Program-made: the position numbers and the translations under genes
The notes under the pieces: model-generated
Seen by the model: the letters and a program-made list of their open reading frames with translations, nothing else
What the model was told of the DNA's origin: nothing
Databases searched by the model: none
In this document: positions 1 through 6,402 of the stretch, in pieces
How positions within the stretch are numbered: the first letter of the stretch is position 1
Layout of the letters: each line of letters opens with the position of its first letter
Source: Gemmatimonadales bacterium
GTDB taxonomy: Bacteria; Gemmatimonadota; Gemmatimonadetes; Gemmatimonadales; GWC2-71-9
Direction: 5' to 3'
Assembly (NCBI GenBank): GCA_041577295.1
Contig: JBFGJG010000083.1
Location: 1-10,199, forward strand
Length of the DNA: 10,199 nucleotides

Positions 1-627
1 ACGGTCGAGCGCGAGGTGGCGCCAAACCCCGATCTCGAACGACGCGTGAGCCGGCTCAGCATTGCGCTGCTCGAGCGAGAAGCGCTCATCGACGAGCTGA
101 GTCGACAGCGGGACGCCGCCATTCAAGAGGTCGTTCGTACGATGGCTAAGTTGCAGACGGTCGCGAACCGGGCCGACGCGGCATCGGCGCTGGCCGAGGC
201 CAAGGTCGCCGTTCAGGCATTGCAGGCTTTGCTCCCGGACACCTCGGCACAAGTCGATCAGGCCACTCGGCTGGTGGATATGAGTACCGCAGAGTTCGAC
301 CGGCAGAACTACGGTGGTGCCCTCTATCTCGCCACCCAAGCGAAGACGCTAGCACGATCGGCCGACGCGAATCCCTCTCCGGAGGCCGCACGCGCTCCTA
401 CGCAGGGCGAGGAGTCGTTCACGATACCCCTGGGCATCGAAACGATCACGCGGAGCAATGTGCGGTCGGGGCCCGGACTCACCTTCGAGATCCTGTACAC
501 GGTGAGTGGCGGTACGCCTCTGACAGGCCGTGCGCACAAAGACGAATGGATTCTCGTGCGTTTCGACGACGGCCGGGAAGGATGGATTTTCTATTCGCTG
601 GTTCGAAGCAGACCGAGTGGTAGTTAG
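1..627 (+). CDS. SH3b (SH3_3)-domain protein with N-terminal coiled-coil/helical region; probably 5'-truncated by the window edge
   Basis: Frame is open from base 1 (ACG GTC GAG CGC GAG GTG...), so the GTG at 16 need not be the start. The C-terminus SNVRSGPGLTFEILYTVSGGTPLTGRAHKDEWILVRFDDGREGWIFYSLV has the bacterial SH3 signature (NVRxGP...W..V....G.EGW). The upstream part is Ala/Leu/Glu/Gln-rich and helical. Stop TAG at 625-627. Confidence 0.85.
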   Translation, partial: TVEREVAPNPDLERRVSRLSIALLEREALIDELSRQRDAAIQEVVRTMAKLQTVANRADAASALAEAKVAVQALQALLPDTSAQVDQATRLVDMSTAEFDRQNYGGALYLATQAKTLARSADANPSPEAARAPTQGEESFTIPLGIETITRSNVRSGPGLTFEILYTVSGGTPLTGRAHKDEWILVRFDDGREGWIFYSLVRSRPSGS

Positions 628-630
628 AAA

Positions 631-670
631 CGACAGGAGAGGCAGGAGGCAGGAGCGGCAGAAGAGGCAG
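631..670 (+). repeat. Degenerate purine-rich short tandem repeat, GGCAG(G/A)AG(A/C)-type units
   Basis: ACAGGAGA GGCAGGA GGCAGGAGC GGCAGAAGA GGCAG fills most of the gap between two convergent stop codons. Confidence 0.7.
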
Positions 671-681
671 TTCCCAACTCA

Positions 682-2370
682 CTACTCACTAGTAATCACC
701 CCAATTCTCCGGCCCCTGTGACTCACTTGGTTCCTCCCATTGCGCTTCGCGTCATACAGCGCTCCGTCGGCCGCGGCCAGTAGCGTCCCCGCCGTCTCTC
801 CGTCGCGGGGAAACTCCGCGACGCCGATGCTCACGGTGACCGAGATCTCCTGCCCGCGCACGCTGATCGACCCTCGCGCGAGACACTCACGAATGCGTTC
901 CGCGGCGTGTTGCGCCCCACTGGCGTCGGTATCGGGCAGAAGCAGAACAAACTCCTCGCCCCCGTAGCGACCCGCGGTATCCACCTCACGCACAGTGTGG
1001 GTGAGGATCGACGAGATCCGCACCAGCACCTCGTCACCGAACTGATGGCCGTAGGTGTCATTGAGCTCTTTGAAGTGATCCACATCGACCATCAGGATCG
1101 AGAACGAGTGCTTCGAACGCCGAGTACGCCGTGCCTCGTGGTCTAGTGTATCCATCAAATGCCGGCGATTCACGAGACCGGTGAGTCCATCGATGATCGA
1201 GAGCCGCTCGAGCTCCTCGTTCTTGAGGCGAAGCGTTTCGTTGATGGCGTCGAGCTTCTGATGGCCCTCTCTGAGGCGCGACACCATGTTGTTGAAGACT
1301 GATGTCAGATACCCCACCTCACCCCCGCCAACTACTGGGAGATCCACTGCGAGATCCCCCCGTGCGACCTCGGCTGCGCCCTTAGTGAGCCGGTCCAGTG
1401 GACGAACGATCAAGAGTGCCAGCCGGTAGGCGATGAATCCGACGGCGAATAGGAGAAGCGTGACGACAAACACGGTGAGATTACGCAGGCGAGCGACCTG
1501 CGCGAACGCCCGTGACTCGAGCACCTCGGCAATCACGACCCAATTCAGTTGCGGCAACCAGCGGATGGCACCCAGGATCTCGTCGCCGGCGGCGTCAACG
1601 TAGCGTACCGGTCCGGTACGTCCCTCGCGCACCGCGCGTATGGCCCCGTCGCCCAGCGCGGCGTCAGCCGCGCCGCCGATGCGGGAAGCCGAGCTGAGCA
1701 GCGTGGTGCCCCTCGCGTCGGTGAGGTGCAACCGACCCGCGTCATCTGGGGCAAAATTGCTCATGATTGCGCGTGCGGCGCCGAGGTTGAGCTGCGCCGC
1801 GAGTGCACCGAGGAAACGACCATCGGTTGCGCGCACGGGAACGGCCACGCGTAGCACCTGGCCTCTTTCCTCGTCGGTGAACGTCCCACCCACCACAAAC
1901 GCTTCGCCTCGCACGGACGTGAGCCAGTCAATCGCTTGGAGCAGCGACGTCCCGCCGTCACCGCTAGCCGTCAGCAGACGATGATCGTCGTCGAGCACGG
2001 CGAGTTCGGAGTAGTCGGGGAACTGCTCTTCCAGTACAGCCAAATAGTTGGTGAGGCGTAGCCGCGAAGCGCGTACGAGCGTCGTGTCACCGCGCCGGGC
2101 GCTCATCGTCTCGACATTCTCTGTGACTTCGTACGAACTGGCGAAGACGCGAAGATCGCGGAGACGATCGTCAAACCACAGCGCCAACTCCCGCGCCGTC
2201 TGGGAGCTGGTGGTTTGAAGCGTCTCGGTGATCTGATTGGTGAGCGCACGCTTGTTGTTGGCGTAGGCGATCATCGCCGTCATCATCGTGGGAACCAGCG
2301 CCGCCAGCACCGCAAAGACGACGATCCTCCCTTTGATGCCGTCCAAGCTGAGCGCGCGGACGAGCTGCAA
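682..2370 (-). CDS. Membrane-bound sensor diguanylate cyclase (TM - dCache-like - TM - HAMP - coiled coil - GGDEF)
   Basis: Two hydrophobic helices (IVVFAVLAALVPTMMTAMIAY; LTVFVVTLLLFAVGFIAY) flank a periplasmic region with a Cache-type VAVPVR...FLGALAA motif. HAMP: IVRPLDRLTKGAAEVARGDL...EVGYLTSVFNNMV. Also DGLTGLVNRR, DVDHFKELNDTYGH, RYGGEEF (GGEEF at 949-963) and I-site REVD (979-990). The TTG start at 2370 is uncertain; the frame closes upstream at TGA 2425-2427. Confidence 0.95.
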   Translation of the reverse strand: MQLVRALSLDGIKGRIVVFAVLAALVPTMMTAMIAYANNKRALTNQITETLQTTSSQTARELALWFDDRLRDLRVFASSYEVTENVETMSARRGDTTLVRASRLRLTNYLAVLEEQFPDYSELAVLDDDHRLLTASGDGGTSLLQAIDWLTSVRGEAFVVGGTFTDEERGQVLRVAVPVRATDGRFLGALAAQLNLGAARAIMSNFAPDDAGRLHLTDARGTTLLSSASRIGGAADAALGDGAIRAVREGRTGPVRYVDAAGDEILGAIRWLPQLNWVVIAEVLESRAFAQVARLRNLTVFVVTLLLFAVGFIAYRLALLIVRPLDRLTKGAAEVARGDLAVDLPVVGGGEVGYLTSVFNNMVSRLREGHQKLDAINETLRLKNEELERLSIIDGLTGLVNRRHLMDTLDHEARRTRRSKHSFSILMVDVDHFKELNDTYGHQFGDEVLVRISSILTHTVREVDTAGRYGGEEFVLLLPDTDASGAQHAAERIRECLARGSISVRGQEISVTVSIGVAEFPRDGETAGTLLAAADGALYDAKRNGRNQVSHRGRRIGVITSE

Positions 2371-2576
2371 CGGCGTGCGACGGCGGGAGCTCAGACCGTC
2401 CTCTGGGGCGCCGGGGTCACACAGTCAGGGACATACATACCCGCCAAGATACGAGACGGGGCAAACTCGCGATGGGGAGTTGGTCACATTTGGCGGGGAT
2501 TGGCGGGACCCCAAGCGGTCCTTCAAACCGCCAAGCCAAGCTTTTCAGGCGGGCTGCCAATCCCGGCCCCTCTCAG

Positions 2577-4919
2577 TCAATTCCGCCCCAACCGCCGGAG
2601 CAGCTCCTCCAACAGATGCGCGAGCTCGCGGCCGGTGCGGTCTCGGTTGCTCCGGTAGCGGCGGTCGGACGCCCAGTATGGCGAACAACTCTCCTCTGGC
2701 GCGGTGCCCCTGATAAAGACCTCGGGCTCACCGCGACAGCCGGGGCCGGCTCGGAGGCCGGTGTCATGGTCCACTTCGACCACCTCGATGCCGGACGGGA
2801 TCTGGAAATCGAGGTCACCGCGTGTACCGACGGCGCCCACCAAGAAACGCGCAAAGATTGGCAAGGCTGCGCCCGATCCGGGGAGACCGAGTGGTCTTCC
2901 ATCGTCGAACCCCACCCAAACACCCACCACCAGGGTTGGGGTGTATCCCATGAACCAGGCATCGCGGAAGTCGTTGGTCGTCCCGGATTTTGCCGCGACA
3001 GGTCCACGGTACCCGAAGCTGGACAGCGCGCGCCCCGTTCCACGTTGGACGGCCCCCTGCAAGGCAGACGTGATGAGGTAGGCCTCGGCGGCTCCGTACA
3101 ACCGCTCGCCACGAAACTCGAATCGGCTGAGCTCCTCACCGTCGGTGTCCACCACGCGCAGCGTGGCGTGCGGGCGCGCGAGGTACCCCTCCGCGGCGAA
3201 CATTCCGTACGCCCGCGTCAACTCGAGTGGCGTCACCTCCCCCGCGCCCAGGGCAAGACTCGGCACGGGACTCAGCGGACCGGTGATTCCGAGCCGCTGC
3301 GCCGTCTCCACGATGTGCTCGGGTCCGATATCGATGCCGAGACGCGCGAACGGGACATTGAGCGATCGCTCGAGGGCTTCACGCATGGTGACTTTGCCAC
3401 GAAAGCGGCCATCGTAGTTCGTAGGCTGCCACAGCCCTGCCGGTGTCTCGACTCTGAGTGGATTGTCCTCGAGCTGTGTCGCAAGCGTATACCGGCCACC
3501 ACGGGCGAGTGCCGTCAGTGCGACGATGGGCTTGAAGGCGCTGCCGGGTTGGCGACGTGCGTACACGGCCCGATTGAACTGCGACGTGCCGTAGTCGCGC
3601 CCTCCGGTCATTGCGAGGATCTCGCCAGTGCGGGGATCGAGAGCGACGAGTGCCGCCTGGAGCGGTTCATTCTGAGTCCGCAGACGTGAGTGTGCGCGTT
3701 CGAGCCTGGTGAGGCCATCGCGAACCGCAGACTCGGCCAGCAGCTGGAGGTCAACGTCGAGCGTTGTGAAGACGCTGAGACCCTGATCCAAGGCTTTCTT
3801 CCCGTGAGCATCAGTGAGATCACGTGTGACGTAATCCACGAAGTACCGGCCCGTGCGGACACGCTGTGCACCAGGCACGAGCCCCAAGCCCGCCGCCGTG
3901 GCCCTGTCGTGATCCTCCCTCGAGATGACGTCACGCTGTTCCATGAGGTTCAGCACCAGTGCTCGCCGCTCTTGCGCTCGCTCGGGGTGCCGGAAGGGTG
4001 CGTACATACTCGGTCCACGGATGATTCCCGCGAGCAACGCGGCTTCGGAAAGCCCAAGCTGGGTGACATCCTTGGCGAAGTAGAACTGCGCCGCGCGACC
4101 GAAGCCACGAATGGCGAGCACCCCGTCCTGACCGAGGTAGACGTGGTTGAGATACGCCTCGAGGATCTCCTCCTTGGTGTGGCGACGTTCGAGTGTAAGT
4201 GCCATCGCGAGCTCACGAGCCTTACGGAGCGGCGTGCGCCGCGGCGACAGGAAGAGGTTCTTGGCGAGCTGCTGGGTGACCGTACTCGCACCCTGGGTGA
4301 CGCGACCGGCGCGAATGTTCGCAATCAATGCTCCCGCAACCCGCCTCAGATCCACGCCCTTGTGCTCGAAAAACCGCTGATCTTCAATGGTAAGGACGGC
4401 ACGGATGACTTCGTCAGGCATCTCATTCAGCGCAACGGGAACCCGGTCGACGGCATCCTTGCCTGCGTAGGTCCACAGGATCTCCGGCTCCAGAGCAACG
4501 AAGCGGAGTGAGCGGTTGCGCGGGTCACGGAGACTGCGGATCCTGGCATCGTAATCGAGCCGTAGAGTCACTACCTGGGCTGGCTCGAGCCCGTCGCCGT
4601 GACGGAAGCTGCGACGTCCAACGGTCCACGATCCCGAACGCCGAGAATACTCACCGATCCGAACGGCACGACGTGTCTGACGATAGCCCAGTCGCTGGAG
4701 TTGTCCCTCGAACCGTTTCCCATCGACCCGCATCCCCGGATAGAGAACCGTGGGCCGCGCGAGGTAGCGGGTGGGCGGACGAAACATCTGGTCGGTCAGA
4801 CGGGCACGCACGAGGGCTTCGATCACGATAACGGTTGGGGCCATCGTGACGAGGAAGACCAGCCCGACGACGAGGAGCCGGGACGGAGACGAGCGGCGTA
4901 GCCACCCGAGTGGGCGCAT
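2577..4919 (-). CDS. mrcB: Class A penicillin-binding protein, PBP1B-type (TM - UB2H-like - transglycosylase GT51 - transpeptidase)
   Basis: GT51 motifs EDQRF, HKGVD, GASTVTQQLAKN, RKAREL, KEEILEAYLN. Transpeptidase motifs SAFK (3531-3542), SLN (3357-3365), KSG (2982-2990). The segment after the N-terminal TM helix (LQRLGYR...GEY...RRSF...LEPE) resembles the UB2H domain of PBP1B. GGAGG lies 7 nt before the ATG. The symbol rests on domain architecture, not an orthology test. Confidence 0.9.
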   Translation of the reverse strand: MRPLGWLRRSSPSRLLVVGLVFLVTMAPTVIVIEALVRARLTDQMFRPPTRYLARPTVLYPGMRVDGKRFEGQLQRLGYRQTRRAVRIGEYSRRSGSWTVGRRSFRHGDGLEPAQVVTLRLDYDARIRSLRDPRNRSLRFVALEPEILWTYAGKDAVDRVPVALNEMPDEVIRAVLTIEDQRFFEHKGVDLRRVAGALIANIRAGRVTQGASTVTQQLAKNLFLSPRRTPLRKARELAMALTLERRHTKEEILEAYLNHVYLGQDGVLAIRGFGRAAQFYFAKDVTQLGLSEAALLAGIIRGPSMYAPFRHPERAQERRALVLNLMEQRDVISREDHDRATAAGLGLVPGAQRVRTGRYFVDYVTRDLTDAHGKKALDQGLSVFTTLDVDLQLLAESAVRDGLTRLERAHSRLRTQNEPLQAALVALDPRTGEILAMTGGRDYGTSQFNRAVYARRQPGSAFKPIVALTALARGGRYTLATQLEDNPLRVETPAGLWQPTNYDGRFRGKVTMREALERSLNVPFARLGIDIGPEHIVETAQRLGITGPLSPVPSLALGAGEVTPLELTRAYGMFAAEGYLARPHATLRVVDTDGEELSRFEFRGERLYGAAEAYLITSALQGAVQRGTGRALSSFGYRGPVAAKSGTTNDFRDAWFMGYTPTLVVGVWVGFDDGRPLGLPGSGAALPIFARFLVGAVGTRGDLDFQIPSGIEVVEVDHDTGLRAGPGCRGEPEVFIRGTAPEESCSPYWASDRRYRSNRDRTGRELAHLLEELLRRLGRN

Positions 4920-4926
4920 GGGGCAG

Positions 4927-4931
4927 CCTCC
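4927..4931 (-). promoter_or_regulatory. Shine-Dalgarno site of the PBP1B gene
   Basis: Minus strand reads GGAGG-CTGCCCC-ATG (ATG at 4919), a 7 nt spacer. Confidence 0.7.
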
Positions 4932-5001
4932 GCGTACGAGGAGTATCTGGGGGTACTACGGGAGTAGATGCGCGAGTGTTTCGCAGCGTTGCGGGGGGAA
5001 A

Positions 5002-5050
5002 CCCTCCGCCGCCTCCCCCCCGCCGCTCCCGCCTCTTCTGCCGTCTCTGT
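5002..5050 (-). repeat. Second copy of the GGC(A/G)G(G/A)AG(A/C)-type degenerate tandem repeat, inverted relative to 631-670
   Basis: Minus strand reads ACAGAGAC GGCAGAAGA GGCGGGAGC GGCGGGGGGGA GGCGGCGGA GGG. Positions 5031-5043 (GCCTCTTCTGCCG) are the exact reverse complement of 656-668. Confidence 0.6.
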
Positions 5051-5095
5051 TCGAGCCCTATCATAATCCCCGACCGGTTTTCACTGGGGATCCCC

Positions 5096-6328
5096 ATGAG
5101 TCTCACCAAGCTCGGCAGCACCTACCATTCCTTCTCATACTTGGCCAAGGGCCGCGATTATCGAGCATTCGAGCTCGCACCGGAAGTCAATCGGGTGCCT
5201 CCATCGCTGATCCAGCTGACTGCGGAGGAGACCTCCCGTGTCGAGCGGTTGATTCGTGACCACATCATGATCTCGCTCCACGAGCACTTGGGGATCTTCC
5301 CGGCAGATATTCGCGAGTCACCCGAGTACACACGGGAGGGTCGCATGGCCACGGCGTTCCGGGGTCTGGCCGAGTCACACTGGGACGCGGTCTTCGACAA
5401 CCTGATGGACGGGATCCTGAACATCGAATCGCGTGGCGGATGGAAGTGGACCGAGGTGCTCCACGATCTCGGGATGCGATTGTGCGATCTCGCCCACCAG
5501 GACTTCGTGGTCCATTGCACGAAGCTCGAGGACATTCGCCAAGCACACGAGCAGGGGCGCGTGGCGTGGATCGCGTCGATCGAAGGCGCTGCCATGATCG
5601 AGAACGAGATCGATCGGATCGATATCCTTTATGGTTTCGGCGTTCGCGCCCTCGGTGTGACGTATAGTGAGGCAAATGCCCTGGGCTCCGGGCTACGCGA
5701 GCCCCACGATGGCGGGCTCACCGTCCTCGGGCGGCGAGCGGTAGAGCGGATGAACCGCTTGGGCATGCTCATCGACTGCTCGCACTGTGGTGATCAAACG
5801 ACGCTCGATGTGATAGAAGCGAGTGACCGACCCATCGTCCTGAGCCACATCGGCGCTCGAGCGCTGTGGAATTCGAACCGACTCGCTCCCGACGACGTTC
5901 TCGAAGCCTGTGCGCGAAAGGGCGGGGTGATTGGGGTCGAAGCGGCGCCCCATACGACGCTCACCCGAGAAGACACCACACATTCGATCGACTGCGTGAT
6001 GGCACACTTCGAGTACATCAAGAATCTGGTGGGTATCGATCACGTGGGATTTGGCCCGGACACGGTGTACGGCGATCACGTGGGATTGCACCGCGTGTAT
6101 TCGGCCGCGCTCTCGATCAAGGAATCACGGTCGGGTCGTGCCGCGTCTGCCGGTGGACCATCCAACCCGCCGTTTGATGAAGTCGAGTACGTGCAAGGCT
6201 TGGAGAATCCAACGGAGGGCTCCAAGAACATCGTTCGCTGGTTGGTGAAGCACGGGTACTCTGACGATGAGATCGTAAAGGCGATGGGTGGGAATGTGAT
6301 GAGAGTGTTGGGGCAGGTGTGGGCGTAG
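5096..6328 (+). CDS. Peptidase M19 / membrane (renal) dipeptidase family amidohydrolase, 410 aa, no evident signal peptide
   Basis: Motifs ISLHEH (5279-5287; HxH where HxD is typical), bridging Glu in IEGA, TYxxxNxLGSG, DGGLTxLG...VERMNRLGMLIDCSH, LSH, GGVIGV, GIDHVGFGPD, C-terminal GGNVMRV. ATG 5096 is preferred over GTG 4910: it has GGGGA 5 nt upstream and avoids the low-complexity extension overlapping the PBP1B start. Confidence 0.9.
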   Translation: MSLTKLGSTYHSFSYLAKGRDYRAFELAPEVNRVPPSLIQLTAEETSRVERLIRDHIMISLHEHLGIFPADIRESPEYTREGRMATAFRGLAESHWDAVFDNLMDGILNIESRGGWKWTEVLHDLGMRLCDLAHQDFVVHCTKLEDIRQAHEQGRVAWIASIEGAAMIENEIDRIDILYGFGVRALGVTYSEANALGSGLREPHDGGLTVLGRRAVERMNRLGMLIDCSHCGDQTTLDVIEASDRPIVLSHIGARALWNSNRLAPDDVLEACARKGGVIGVEAAPHTTLTREDTTHSIDCVMAHFEYIKNLVGIDHVGFGPDTVYGDHVGLHRVYSAALSIKESRSGRAASAGGPSNPPFDEVEYVQGLENPTEGSKNIVRWLVKHGYSDDEIVKAMGGNVMRVLGQVWA

Positions 6329-6402
6329 GCGGCCGGCCGGTCGGAAGGTAGAACGACGAGAAGCCAAGAGGATCGAATGTCAGAAAGGGAGGGCATAGGA
6401 GC

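Noticed and set aside
616..690. Weak complementarity between the 3' ends of the SH3 and cyclase genes (AGTGGTAGT / ACTACTCACT)
   Set aside because: Only 9 bp with a bulge across a loop of more than 50 nt; too weak to call a terminator.
2455..2490. GGGCAAAC resembling the start of a c-di-GMP-I riboswitch next to a diguanylate cyclase
   Set aside because: It is on the strand opposite the cyclase mRNA and lacks the GNRA-capped stem, the GACGCAAA segment and the tetraloop-receptor stem.
2545..2560. Sigma54-like promoter on the minus strand (TTGGCAGCCCGCCTGA)
   Set aside because: The -24 GG is present but the -12 position reads GA rather than GC; the other TTGGC copies also lack a correctly spaced GC.
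2472..4511. Long plus-strand ORFs 2472-3689 (405 aa) and 3690-4511 (273 aa)
   Set aside because: Antisense shadows of the PBP1B gene, expected at high GC; no recognisable motifs.
4910..5095. 62-aa N-terminal extension of dipeptidase 1 from GTG 4910
   Set aside because: Overlaps the PBP1B start, translates the repeat tract as poly-Pro/Arg, and ATG 5096 has an SD-like site.
6330..6339. Perfect palindrome CGGCCGGCCG just after the dipeptidase 1 stop
   Set aside because: All-GC, no loop or U-tract; likely by chance at this base composition.
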